Assembly (NCBI GenBank): GCA_030765605.1
Contig: JAVCCG010000098.1
Coordinates: 30,835-94,834, forward strand
Direction of reading: 5' to 3'
Origin: Candidatus Alcyoniella australis
GTDB lineage: Bacteria; Lernaellota; Lernaellaia; JAVCCG01; Alcyoniellaceae
Length of the DNA stretch: 64,000 nucleotides
The translations under genes were made by a program, and so were the position numbers. The notes below the pieces were generated by a model. It saw only the letters and a list, made by a program, of their open reading frames with translations. It did no database searches and had not been told where the DNA came from. Position 1 is the first letter of the stretch. Every line of letters begins with the position of its first letter. Below, piece by piece: positions 8,343 to 17,657 of this stretch.

Positions 8343-10418
8343 TCAGCCGCAGCACGCGTCGTCATCGTCGTCGTCGCCCGCACTATCGTCATCGTCGTCG
8401 TCGTCATCGCCGCCGGTGATCACGATGTAGTCGGCTTTGGTTTCGACGTTCTCACCGGCCACGCCCAGGCCGGTGAGTGAAACCGTGTAGATGCCCGGCG
8501 TATTGAAGATGTAGGTCGGCGAGTTCTCGGTGGACGAGCCGCCGTCGCCGAACTCCCAGTACTGCCCCAGCAGGCAGCCGGGCAGCACATCGATCGCTGA
8601 GCTGAAGTTTACGCTCAGCGGCGCGGCTCCCTGGGTCACGTCGGCGCTGAAGTCGACGACCGGCGCCTCGCAGGGGACCGTAACCACTACCGCGTCGAGA
8701 TCGAAGCCCGGGGTCGCTCCGCTGCCGCCGCTGCCGTCGTCCTCGATCTTGATGTAGCGCGCCTCGGACAGGCCCGAGGGCGAGATGTCGAGGTCGGTAG
8801 TGCCGTCGGCCACGCCGATCACCTGCCAGGGCCCCAGCCAATGCTCGGCAACGAAGATCGCAGCTCCCTCCGGGTCGGAGCCGGACTCGACGATCTGCAC
8901 GTCGGCCCCGGCCGAATCGACGATCGGCGTACCAAGGCCCATGTCGAGCACCACGTAGCCGTCGTTGCCGATGGAGTAGGCATAGCCATCGGGCGCACCC
9001 AGGGCGGTCAGGGGCATCGAGGGATTGGCGTGGGTCCAGCCATCGGCGCGGTCGTTGGCGATCACGCGCATGGCGTAATATTCGGGAGTCGCCGCCGGCA
9101 CCAGCTCAAAGCTGAGTTCCTCTTTGGATCCGTCGAACACCTGCGCGGAGGATGTGGCCGGGGCGTAGCCGTTGGCCCAGGCGACCACGGTCCAATCACC
9201 GGCGCGGATGTAGCGGTGGAAGTCGCCAAGATCCGAATCGCTGTAGAACGCCCAACCCTCCTGGGCGATGCGCAACATGGCGAACAGCGGCGCGCCCGAG
9301 GCCGCGTCGACCACCGTGCCGCTCAGCCCCTGGTCGAGCACATCGAGCAGCGCCAGTTGGCCGCTGAGATTGCGCGCATTGTAGCTCGGAATCTGCGAGT
9401 ACGACGGCGTCTTGGTGCTGCTGACCTCGACGATGAACGCCATGGCGCCGCCGGCCAGATAGTAGGTCTCCTCGCTGATGCCCTGCACCTCGTACCAATC
9501 GTAGCCGTTGGTGATCGGATAGCTCGCGGCGCTGCCGTAGACAGATGCAAGCCCGCTCAGCGTGGTGTCGTCCGGCGCGAGTTGGGGTTGGGAATCCATC
9601 GGGTAGTTGATCGTCTCTGCACCCGAATGATAGTTCGCGCCGAAGGTCAGGGCGTGCTCGAGGAAGAACTCGGTCACCGCCTGCAATTCGGGTTCGCTGC
9701 CGCCGACTCCCGAGCCCTCGTAGAAGATCGGGAACGAACGGTTCAGATCTTTGCCGTGGGAGTTGTAGCGTGTGCTCGCGGTGCAGCCGTCGGGGTTGAG
9801 CATCGGCATGATGTAGATCTCGAACCCGTCGACCAGCTGCTGTACGCTCGCGTCGCTGTCGTACGTGCTGAGCAGATGGTTGGCGAGGTTGATCACCGCC
9901 TCAAAGCTGCTCCATTCGTCGCCGTGGATTCCGCCATCGAACCAGACCTCGGGCTCGGGCTCGTTGGTATCGGCGTTGTCGCTGATTTTAATCACCCACA
10001 ACTCGCGGCCATCCACGCTCTGGCCGATGCTGAAAAGCTGCGTCAGCGCGGGGTAGCCGTCGGCCAGGTTGCCAAGCAGCGCGGCCATCGAGCTGTAGTC
10101 GTAATACCCGTCGGGCTTGGGCGAGGAGAGCTGCTGCGGTGTTTGCAGCACCTCGATCTCGTAGCCCAGGGCCTCGAGCTCGTCGATCTCCTGCGGATTG
10201 AGAAACGCCTTGAGCCCGAACTCGTCGGCCCCGTCGACGATCAGTCCCATGTGCGTTAAGGCGTCGCGCTCCGCGCGGTCCTGGGTCAGGATCAGACAGT
10301 ACGACTCGTTGGCGTAATCGCGAATCTCGTCCTGGGCCGCAACCACCGTACAAGCCAGCAGCACCGCCAGGGCGCTTGATATCGCGAGAGTCAAAGCTGA
10401 GGCTCGTTTACGTCTCAT
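8343..10418 (-). CDS. Secreted M14 zinc carboxypeptidase with C-terminal PKD domain and poly-Asp/ACCG tail
   Basis: 691 aa; signal peptide; HXXE zinc motif GGIHGDEWSS and HSGAETINYP; PKD-like FSADVTQGAAPLSVNF...WEFGDGGSS...GIYTVSLT; ends GGDDDDDDDDSAGDDDDDDACCG; AGAGGAA SD. Confidence 0.85.
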   Translation of the reverse strand: MRRKRASALTLAISSALAVLLACTVVAAQDEIRDYANESYCLILTQDRAERDALTHMGLIVDGADEFGLKAFLNPQEIDELEALGYEIEVLQTPQQLSSPKPDGYYDYSSMAALLGNLADGYPALTQLFSIGQSVDGRELWVIKISDNADTNEPEPEVWFDGGIHGDEWSSFEAVINLANHLLSTYDSDASVQQLVDGFEIYIMPMLNPDGCTASTRYNSHGKDLNRSFPIFYEGSGVGGSEPELQAVTEFFLEHALTFGANYHSGAETINYPMDSQPQLAPDDTTLSGLASVYGSAASYPITNGYDWYEVQGISEETYYLAGGAMAFIVEVSSTKTPSYSQIPSYNARNLSGQLALLDVLDQGLSGTVVDAASGAPLFAMLRIAQEGWAFYSDSDLGDFHRYIRAGDWTVVAWANGYAPATSSAQVFDGSKEELSFELVPAATPEYYAMRVIANDRADGWTHANPSMPLTALGAPDGYAYSIGNDGYVVLDMGLGTPIVDSAGADVQIVESGSDPEGAAIFVAEHWLGPWQVIGVADGTTDLDISPSGLSEARYIKIEDDGSGGSGATPGFDLDAVVVTVPCEAPVVDFSADVTQGAAPLSVNFSSAIDVLPGCLLGQYWEFGDGGSSTENSPTYIFNTPGIYTVSLTGLGVAGENVETKADYIVITGGDDDDDDDDSAGDDDDDDACCG
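8358..8408 (-). repeat. GAC/GAT trinucleotide tract encoding D6-GAS-D8 at the M14 C-terminus
   Basis: gtcgtcatcgtcgtcgtc...atcgtcatcgtcgtcgtcgtcatc read directly. Confidence 0.9.
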
Positions 10419-10433
10419 GGTTGGTTCCTCTAT

Positions 10434-10505
10434 GCGGCTTTGAGCCGTTGCAAAACTCGCGTATCTCTATGGTCGTTTACTAAAAATCCACTCCGCGTCG
10501 CGCAG
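10434..10505 (+). repeat. Solo copy of the 67-bp intergenic repeat family
   Basis: GCGGC-tttga-GCCGT then TGCAAAACTCGCGTATCTCTATGGTCGTTTACTAAAAATCCACTCCGCGTCG, about 80% identical to array unit 4 over the post-loop part. Confidence 0.7.
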
Positions 10506-10611
10506 AGCATCATTGAACAATGACTACTGTCCGCTCGCGTGCTTTGCCGCAGCGCCAAGCTGCCTGATTGATAAATCATCATGAATAATCCGGACTGGGG
10601 TTTCAAGCGAG

Positions 10612-11568
10612 CTAATGCACCGTCTCGGTGCTCAGACTGCGCTCGAAGGCCAGGCCCACGCGGCGCGGTTCGCCCTCGTGCTCAAAGGTCAGCCGGACCT
10701 GGGTGGTCGATTCGATCGAGACCACAACTCCCTCGTGGCGGTCCAGGACCATCGTCCCGGCCAGGGAGCCGACTTCGACCTCGTACTTAACTCCGTGCAG
10801 GTCGTTGGCCGGAAACTCGAGTTCATCGATCAAGGGCGCGATATCGGCGGAGAAGCTGATGATCGCCAGCGAGTCGTGTCGGCCCTCGAGCCGCTCGAGG
10901 GTATAGCGCGTGCGCAGCTCCAGATCGCCCAGCAGCGGATCGCTCCACGTGCGGTTCGCGTGCCAGCTGCGGCCGGGCGAGACCCGGCCCGCGGGAAGCG
11001 GCGGAAAGCGCAGATGCAGCAGCCGCAGCAGGAAGTCCGAGCGCAGCACATCGGCCAACCGCTTTGCCAGCTCGTCGGCCTGGGGCCCCTCGCCCAATGC
11101 CTGGGCAATGCTGCGGGCCGCCCCGTCGATCCCGTCGACCAGCTCGATTGAGCCGTCGTCGTTTAGGGCGATGGTGACCGGCCGCTGGAGCAGCATGGTC
11201 ATCGGCGCGTAGGCCTCGCGCGCCAGGAGATCTTCGTCTTGACTGTCGAAGCTGCGCCGCGGTCTGCTGGGCAGATCGTTTTCGCTGATGAACCGGCTAC
11301 AGGTCAGACGCATCAGCCGCGGGCCGCGTTGCTCGGATTTGAGGTGCTCCAGCCGGTAGTAAAGCGTGTGGCTCTCGACGAACTGGTGGGGCACGCCCTG
11401 GATCGAGCCGACCCCGCTGATCCGCTCCTGGGCGCGGTATTCCAGCGGCCGTCCCGGGTCGGGATCATAGGTCAGCCGCACGCCCTGGGCGCAGCCGGGA
11501 ATCAGCCAAGCCGCCCACAGCGCGGCGAGGACAATCGATCCCCATCTGAAGCACGGTTTGCGTTTCAT
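10612..11568 (-). CDS. Hypothetical lipoprotein (318 aa)
   Basis: Lipobox signal MKRKPCFRWGSIVLAALWAAWLIPGC; high GC3; no family recognised with confidence. Confidence 0.75.
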   Translation of the reverse strand: MKRKPCFRWGSIVLAALWAAWLIPGCAQGVRLTYDPDPGRPLEYRAQERISGVGSIQGVPHQFVESHTLYYRLEHLKSEQRGPRLMRLTCSRFISENDLPSRPRRSFDSQDEDLLAREAYAPMTMLLQRPVTIALNDDGSIELVDGIDGAARSIAQALGEGPQADELAKRLADVLRSDFLLRLLHLRFPPLPAGRVSPGRSWHANRTWSDPLLGDLELRTRYTLERLEGRHDSLAIISFSADIAPLIDELEFPANDLHGVKYEVEVGSLAGTMVLDRHEGVVVSIESTTQVRLTFEHEGEPRRVGLAFERSLSTETVH

Positions 11569-11631
11569 CTTAGCCCGTATTATTCACGAAGCTTCGACTA
11601 CAGCACGGGCGGTGCAATCGACGGCAGGCAG

Positions 11632-12558
11632 CTATTTGACCTGCAGTATGATCGTGGCCGTAATCGCCATCGACATCGTTGCCTGACCCTCTTCGCCCAT
11701 GGACATCGCCATATCGATCAGGTCCTCGGAGCGCACCACGGTGCCGCTATTGGTGTTGAAGTCGATGTTGCCCTCGACCTTGAGCCGGTCGACCTTGGTC
11801 GGCGGATCTCCGGGATTGGCCGGCTGCTCCAGGGTCTTGCGCAGATCGTCGGTCTTGACCGCGTACTCGAGCTTGGCCAGGTCGCCCTCGCGCGATTTAA
11901 GCGTGATTTGGGCCGGCATTGTATCGGCGTCGACCACCTCTCCGCCCCAGATCTTCTCCCAGGAGTCACCGGGTTTGACCTTCTTTTGCGGGTCCAGGTC
12001 GCGGATGTTGACTAGCGCGCCGATATCGGTGGTATCGGAGAACAGGCTGTCGAACTCACCGGCCACGGCCTGCTTATCTTCGGGCGTCGAGATCTTGGAC
12101 TGAACCGACTCGACCAACGCTTCGCGTCCGTCGACCTGCACCACGTTGTTCTTGTTGTCCAGCACAACGACCACCGGCTTATTGACCAGCGCGGCATAGA
12201 GCTGTTGCTCCGGAGCGCCGGGCTCATCGCCGGAAATGGTGCTGTAGGTCTTGGCCGGCTCGCCCTGGCTTGTCTCCTCGAGCTGCACCGAGCGCACTGT
12301 GATCTGAATCCGACGTCGTTTCTGATCGTTGGGCTTGAGCACCTCGCGGTCGAACTCGATGGTGCGCTTGGTCTGCGCGTCGCCAAGCGAAGAGCCGAAC
12401 ATCGTCAGGCTCATCTGTAGGTTCATCGTCTGTACGTAGCCAAGCTTGTCGCCCGGCTTGAACTTGGACTCCAGCTCGCCCGCGACAGCGGCCGTGGCGA
12501 CCATCGCCAGGCACAGGGCGATCGACAGGGTCCAGGCAGTGCGTCTCGAAATAATCAT
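11632..12558 (-). CDS. Hypothetical secreted protein, apparent paralogue of 10612-11568
   Basis: ATG 12558 with GGAGGA 7 nt upstream gives signal peptide MIISRRTAWTLSIALCLAMVATAAVA; similar size and shared landmarks (…V.V.L.D.G.V..VDG…, …PG.SW…) with neighbour. Confidence 0.75.
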   Translation of the reverse strand: MIISRRTAWTLSIALCLAMVATAAVAGELESKFKPGDKLGYVQTMNLQMSLTMFGSSLGDAQTKRTIEFDREVLKPNDQKRRRIQITVRSVQLEETSQGEPAKTYSTISGDEPGAPEQQLYAALVNKPVVVVLDNKNNVVQVDGREALVESVQSKISTPEDKQAVAGEFDSLFSDTTDIGALVNIRDLDPQKKVKPGDSWEKIWGGEVVDADTMPAQITLKSREGDLAKLEYAVKTDDLRKTLEQPANPGDPPTKVDRLKVEGNIDFNTNSGTVVRSEDLIDMAMSMGEEGQATMSMAITATIILQVK

Positions 12559-12687
12559 CGAACAATCCTCCACGCGGATGTGAAGCCTCCGTTTATCATG
12601 GGGCGAATTCCAGAGCAAGCGGGATTGACATCGCCGGGTCGATCTGGAAGTTTCAGCCCTGTGCCTGGATAACCGTAGAGGAGCTAG

Positions 12688-13839
12688 ATGGAAACCAACG
12701 CGGCCAACGGACTAATGGCGATGATCCTGGAATACGTCAAATACGAATTCATGGGGATCGCGGCCTGGCAATATTTGGCGGCCTTCGGGCTGATCTTGCT
12801 GGGCTACGTGCTCAAGCGGGTCGTGGTCGCGGTGCTGGGCAAGGCGCGCTGGGTGGCCGACAAAACCACGGTGCGCATCGACGACATCGTGATCACCGCA
12901 CTCGAGCGCCCGTTGGGAACGGCCTGCGTGCTCGGCGGCCTGGCCCTGGCGGTGGTGATCTTGCCGCTGCCCACCGAGCCGTTGAACATCGAGCGCTTTG
13001 CCTACGCCGTGCTGCGCGCCGCCTCGACCCTGCTGGTGATCTGGTTCCTGGTGCGCCTCTCCGACGGGCTGATGAGCTACTGGGAGGAGCGCGCCGAAAA
13101 GACCGAGAGCAAGTTCGACAACCAGTTCGTGCCGATCCTGCGTAAAAGCCTCAAGGCGTTCCTGGTCGTGATCGGACTGGTGATGATCCTGCAACACCTG
13201 GGCTACTCCGTGACCTCGCTGCTCGCGGGACTTGGCATCGGCACCGCGGCCATCGCCCTGGCCTCCAAAGACACTTTGGCCAACCTCTTTGGCTCGATCG
13301 TGATCTTCGTGGATCGGCCCTTCGCCGTGGGCGACTGGGTCGAGATCGGCTCGGTGGAGGGGACTGTCGAGGAGGTCGGCCTGCGCGTGACCCGCATTCG
13401 CACCTTTGCCAACAGCCTGATTACGATTCCCAACTCCCAGCTGACCACCACCGCCATCAACAACTGGTCGCGGATGAAAAAACGCCGAATTAAGATGCGC
13501 GTGGGCCTGACCTACGACACCACGCCCGAGCAGATGGAGGCCGCGGTGCTCAAGATCCGCGAGGCCATCGAGTCCGACCCCAACCTGCACCACGACTTCT
13601 ATTTGGTGAACTTCGAGGAGCTGGCCTCAAGCTCGCTGAACATCTTTATCTACTGCTTTACCGTGACCACCAACTGGGCCGAGCATATGCAGGCCAAACA
13701 GGAGTTCCTACTGCGGCTGATGCGCGTGACCCACGAACTCGGCCTGGAGTTCGCCTTCCCGACCCAAACCTTGCACGTGCCCGAGCTGACCCTGGAATCA
13801 GGCGCACCCGAGGCCATGCTATCGGACGTACCTCGATAG
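12688..13839 (+). CDS. MscS-family mechanosensitive channel
   Basis: 383 aa; 4-5 N-terminal TM helices then FAVGDWVEIGSVEGTVEEVGLRVTRIRTFANSLITIPNSQL (MscS beta-domain signature); GAGGAG SD. Confidence 0.9.
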   Translation: METNAANGLMAMILEYVKYEFMGIAAWQYLAAFGLILLGYVLKRVVVAVLGKARWVADKTTVRIDDIVITALERPLGTACVLGGLALAVVILPLPTEPLNIERFAYAVLRAASTLLVIWFLVRLSDGLMSYWEERAEKTESKFDNQFVPILRKSLKAFLVVIGLVMILQHLGYSVTSLLAGLGIGTAAIALASKDTLANLFGSIVIFVDRPFAVGDWVEIGSVEGTVEEVGLRVTRIRTFANSLITIPNSQLTTTAINNWSRMKKRRIKMRVGLTYDTTPEQMEAAVLKIREAIESDPNLHHDFYLVNFEELASSSLNIFIYCFTVTTNWAEHMQAKQEFLLRLMRVTHELGLEFAFPTQTLHVPELTLESGAPEAMLSDVPR

Positions 13840-13850
13840 GTAGAATCGAA

Positions 13851-14777
13851 TTAGCTTCTGCGAGCCAACTTGCTGACGAAGGCCGGGATCAGGATAACGA
13901 GCATCACGTAGCCCAGTAACATTTCTATATTCACTGCTGTGGCCGCGACGTTTGTGTGGGGAACTAGGTTGCTGGAACCAATGGGTACGAAAGTGAAAAA
14001 GCTGTAGTGCATGACGCTGAATCGGGTCCAAGGCAAAGGCTCAGCATCAAATGAGCCAGGCGGCAGAAAGTCATAGAATAAGAATCCGAAGCCAATAGGT
14101 AGGACAATACATAAGCCAAGCAAGAGCCAGAGAAACCTCCCGCAGTCAGCGAATATCAGCCAGGGATAGTAGAGGACTTTTTCCCTCTTCGTCTCCTGTA
14201 GCTCTTCAAGATAATCCTGGTCCTGGGCAAAGCGCTTGAAACGCTGACTGCCGTAGCAACCCTCGACACGAATGCCTCTGCACCTCGTTTTTCGATTAAA
14301 AGTAACCCCAGCAACATTGGCTTTTTCCAGGTTCGCGAAGCCGAGGTAAGCGCCCTTGAGGTGTGACCCAATGAGGTCAGCTCCATCGAGGTGTGCCCCA
14401 TTTAGGAAAGCGCCCTTGAGATGCGCCCCAGAGAGGGCAGCGCCCTGGAGCTGCGCCCCCAAGAGTTTAGCTCCCTCGAGATGCGCCCCTACAAGGTTGG
14501 TTTTCTCGAGATGCGCCCCAATGAGGTAAGCGCCATTGAGGTGTGCCCTGCTGAAGTTAGCACCCTCGAGGTGTGCCTCAAAGAGGTTAGCGCCCTCGAG
14601 GTGTGCCTCGCTGAGGTCAGCGCCCTTGAGGTGTGCATCATTGAGGATAGCGCCCTTGAGGTGCGGAAACCATCTAGGGTTTTCCTTGCGAAGTTCGTTC
14701 CATTCCTTGACCCGGCTTTCCTGAAGCATGGCGATTGCTTCTTCTTTGGAAATCGGGGGCTGATATTTGTCGGTCAT
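13851..14777 (-). CDS. Pentapeptide-repeat protein fused to a 2-TM K-channel-like pore domain with degenerate filter
   Basis: About 24 A(D/N)LxG-type pentapeptides (LKGADLSEAHLEGANLFEAHLEGANF...); C-terminus TM1-(HYSFFTFVPIGSSNLVPHT)-TM2 resembles YFSxVTxTTVGYGDxxPxT pore loop. Confidence 0.8.
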   Translation of the reverse strand: MTDKYQPPISKEEAIAMLQESRVKEWNELRKENPRWFPHLKGAILNDAHLKGADLSEAHLEGANLFEAHLEGANFSRAHLNGAYLIGAHLEKTNLVGAHLEGAKLLGAQLQGAALSGAHLKGAFLNGAHLDGADLIGSHLKGAYLGFANLEKANVAGVTFNRKTRCRGIRVEGCYGSQRFKRFAQDQDYLEELQETKREKVLYYPWLIFADCGRFLWLLLGLCIVLPIGFGFLFYDFLPPGSFDAEPLPWTRFSVMHYSFFTFVPIGSSNLVPHTNVAATAVNIEMLLGYVMLVILIPAFVSKLARRS

Positions 14778-14954
14778 GGTCCAACCCTTAATAGACTTAG
14801 TTGCTAAGTGTACAAGTCATGCAAGCCCTGCGTCGATTAGTTAGACATTCCACAAGAGCCTTTGCAACCTGCAACAACCGGCCCGCAATACGAGCTACGT
14901 CATAAGCTGCCTTGCGATGCTCTGCGAAGATCCTATCCAAGATTGGAGGGCACT

Positions 14955-16538
14955 ATGCAGAGCAATCCCAAGGATGCGGACCCTAAAAATATAATCCTCT
15001 CACGCAGCCCGTCCACTGGCGAGATTTTAGGCGAGGTGCCGATCACATCGCGCGAGCAGGCGGCCCAGGCTATCGAGTCGGCGCGCGTGGCGGCCCGGCA
15101 GTGGGGCGAGACCGACTTTCGCGAGCGCGAAAAGGTGCTCAAGGCTGCCAACGACTACATCTACAAGCACTTCGACCGCATTGCCAAGCTGATCTCGGAT
15201 GAGAACGGCAAGTCGCGGGTCGAGGCGGTGAGCGCGGAAATCACCCCCGCGATGTACACGATCAAACATCTGGCGGACAACGCCCGGCGCATTCTCTCGG
15301 ACGAGCCGATCTCGATGTTCCTCTGGGGACTGGCGGGCAAGACCAGCACGATCCACTATTTGCCCTGGGGAGTGATCGGCATCATCTCGCCCTGGAACTA
15401 CCCTTTCGGCATCCCCATGACCCAGCTCAGCGCGGCGCTGGTGGCGGGCAACGCGGTGGTGCTCAAGCCCAGCTCGTCCACGCCGCTGATCGGCGAGATG
15501 ATCAACGAGATCTGGGCCGCGGCCGGATTGCCCGCGGACGTGCTGAGCGTAATCCAGGGGCCCGGACCTTTGGGCGAGGTGCTCATCGAGCAACGCGTGG
15601 ATCGGCTGGTGTTCACCGGCTCGGTGGAGATCGGCCGCCACGTGGCGCGGCTGGCCGCGGACAAGCTGATCCCGCTGACCCTCGAGCTGGGTGGCAAGGA
15701 CCCGGCGATCGTGCTTGAGGACGCGGACCTCGAGGCGGCCACCAGCGGCATTCTCTGGGGCGCCATGGCCAACGCGGGCCAAACCTGCGCGAGCATCGAG
15801 CGCGTGTACGTACACGACTCGATCTTCGAGCCGTTCGTCGAGCTGATCACGAAAAAGGCGCGCAGCCTGCGGGTGGGGCCGGACCGCGATTTCGACACGG
15901 ACGTGGGCGCGATCACCAGCAGCGGCCAATTGCGAATCATCGAGCAGCAGGTCGAGCAGGCGCGGGCCGCCGGAGCCACGGTGCTCTGCGGCGGGGACTC
16001 GCCACAGATCGAGGGCGGGCGCTTTTTTCCGCCGACGATTATCATCGACGTGGATCACACAATGCCGGTCATGGCCGAGGAGACCTTCGGCCCGCTGCTG
16101 CCGATCATGCGTTTTACCGATGTGGAGCAGGCAATCGAGCTGGCCAACGACTCGCCCTTCGGCCTCTCGGCCAGTGTCTGGACCGCGGATATCGCGCGCG
16201 GCAAAGGCATCGCCCGCAAGCTGCGGGCCGGGACCGTGACCCTCAACGACAGCCTCTACACCTACGGCTTGGCTGAGACGCCCTGGGGCGGAATCAAGGA
16301 CTCGGGCTACGGCCGGACCCACGGTCGCGACGGACTGCTGGAGATGGCGCGGCCGCTGCACGTGGCGTCGGATCGCTTCTTTAAAATGAAGAAGCCCTGG
16401 TGGTACCCCTACAACCGCGAGCTGTACGACTCGCTCAAGCGCGGCCTGGCGTTCCTCACCGGCGTCAATATTGGCAAGCAGCGCAGTGCGGGATTATTCA
16501 AGCTGATTAAAAGCTTCTCGCCCAAGAGCAGGCTCTGA
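14955..16538 (+). CDS. NAD(P)-dependent aldehyde dehydrogenase
   Basis: ATG 14955 preceded by GGAGGG; ELGGKDP, GQTCASIER (Cys nucleophile), EETFGP. Confidence 0.9.
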   Translation: MQSNPKDADPKNIILSRSPSTGEILGEVPITSREQAAQAIESARVAARQWGETDFREREKVLKAANDYIYKHFDRIAKLISDENGKSRVEAVSAEITPAMYTIKHLADNARRILSDEPISMFLWGLAGKTSTIHYLPWGVIGIISPWNYPFGIPMTQLSAALVAGNAVVLKPSSSTPLIGEMINEIWAAAGLPADVLSVIQGPGPLGEVLIEQRVDRLVFTGSVEIGRHVARLAADKLIPLTLELGGKDPAIVLEDADLEAATSGILWGAMANAGQTCASIERVYVHDSIFEPFVELITKKARSLRVGPDRDFDTDVGAITSSGQLRIIEQQVEQARAAGATVLCGGDSPQIEGGRFFPPTIIIDVDHTMPVMAEETFGPLLPIMRFTDVEQAIELANDSPFGLSASVWTADIARGKGIARKLRAGTVTLNDSLYTYGLAETPWGGIKDSGYGRTHGRDGLLEMARPLHVASDRFFKMKKPWWYPYNRELYDSLKRGLAFLTGVNIGKQRSAGLFKLIKSFSPKSRL

Positions 16539-16544
16539 TCGGAA

Positions 16545-16985
16545 TCAGGGGTTGTAGCGGTCGACCCAGACGCGGACCACGCTTGCGGCGCGGTTGCCCC
16601 GCGCATCTTCGGCCATGGCGTAGATGTCCAGGTAGCGAAAGTTGGGGTTGAACGGGACGTTGAGCGTTCCCGCGATCCGCGCGTCGCGCAGCGGCACGGC
16701 CAGCCGTTCCAGCCCGTACTGGAGCTGCATCGGATGCACGTTGAGCAGCGCCACGCAGTGCCACTGGATCATCACCACGTCGTAGGGGCCTGTGGCGCGC
16801 ACGCTGATCGCCAGCTCGTCGCCGATGGTCGCTCGGACGCCGTTGGCCGGAGTCTCGATCGATACGCTCAGGGCCTGCTCGCCTTGATCCGGGCAGTCCA
16901 ACTCGTCGCGCTCCTCCTCGCAGGCGCACAGCGCCAGGCAGGCGATCAACGCGGTTATCATTAACAATTCGGTAAATCGCCTCAT
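16545..16985 (-). CDS. Small hypothetical lipoprotein (~146 aa)
   Basis: ATG 16985 overlaps upstream stop (ATGA); MRRFTELLMITALIACLALCAC lipobox. Confidence 0.7.
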   Translation of the reverse strand: MRRFTELLMITALIACLALCACEEERDELDCPDQGEQALSVSIETPANGVRATIGDELAISVRATGPYDVVMIQWHCVALLNVHPMQLQYGLERLAVPLRDARIAGTLNVPFNPNFRYLDIYAMAEDARGNRAASVVRVWVDRYNP

Positions 16986-17641
16986 CTGCCGACCTCCAAA
17001 CATCCCGCACCGACCTCCACCAGGTTCTCATTGCCGGCGTTGCCCAGATATTCGACCAACGCCCCGTCCTCGCACTGGACCACGGCGCCGTTGCCCACGG
17101 CCACGTTGGAGTACATCCCGATCCAGCTATCGGCGTCGGCAATCAGCGAATAGTCCGAGAACTCGAGGATCGAGTCGGCCACCACAACTTCGGAGTTCTG
17201 GGCCAGTACGCCGATCTCGAGGTAGGGCAGTTTGCAGCTGAGCACGGTCACTCGGTCGCTGTCGATCACGTGCAGCGCCGTGCCAAATGTCTGGGGCAGG
17301 TCCGGATCGCCCAGCAGCACCAGGCCGCTGATCGTCACGTCCGAGGTGCCCGCGATCGTGCTGGCCTGCTGGCCCTGAAACAGGCGCGCCGCGTCGATCC
17401 CGCCGGCGCAGAGGTACAGCGGCTTGTCGATGTACAGGCTCTCGTAGTAGTTGCCGCGCAGCACATAGACCGTGCCGCCTGCCGCGCAGGCGTCGATCCC
17501 CTGCTGGATCGAGACGAACGGAAGCTCGGCGCTGCCGTCGCCGTCGGGCTCGGCGTCGATGGAGACGTAGACTTGATAGGGGTCCAGGGCGCAGGCCGGA
17601 CCCGCCGCGAGCAGCACGGCCGCCAGGATCAAAGTCAGCAA
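16982..17641 (-). CDS. Secreted right-handed beta-helix (pectin-lyase-fold, DUF1565-like) protein
   Basis: TTG start (no ATG/GTG in frame before upstream TGA); signal peptide; DGDGSAELPFVSIQQGIDACAAGGTVYVLRGNYYE resembles DUF1565/beta-helix N-terminus. Confidence 0.65.
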   Translation of the reverse strand: MLTLILAAVLLAAGPACALDPYQVYVSIDAEPDGDGSAELPFVSIQQGIDACAAGGTVYVLRGNYYESLYIDKPLYLCAGGIDAARLFQGQQASTIAGTSDVTISGLVLLGDPDLPQTFGTALHVIDSDRVTVLSCKLPYLEIGVLAQNSEVVVADSILEFSDYSLIADADSWIGMYSNVAVGNGAVVQCEDGALVEYLGNAGNENLVEVGAGCLEVGR

Positions 17642-17657
17642 TCTTTGGTTCGTGAGT

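Noticed and set aside
14421-14807. 128-aa plus-strand ORF with its own repeat pattern (LEMRP.../LEVC...)
   Set aside because: This is the antisense reading of the pentapeptide-repeat DNA. The minus-strand product has canonical A(D/N)LxG repeats and a membrane domain.
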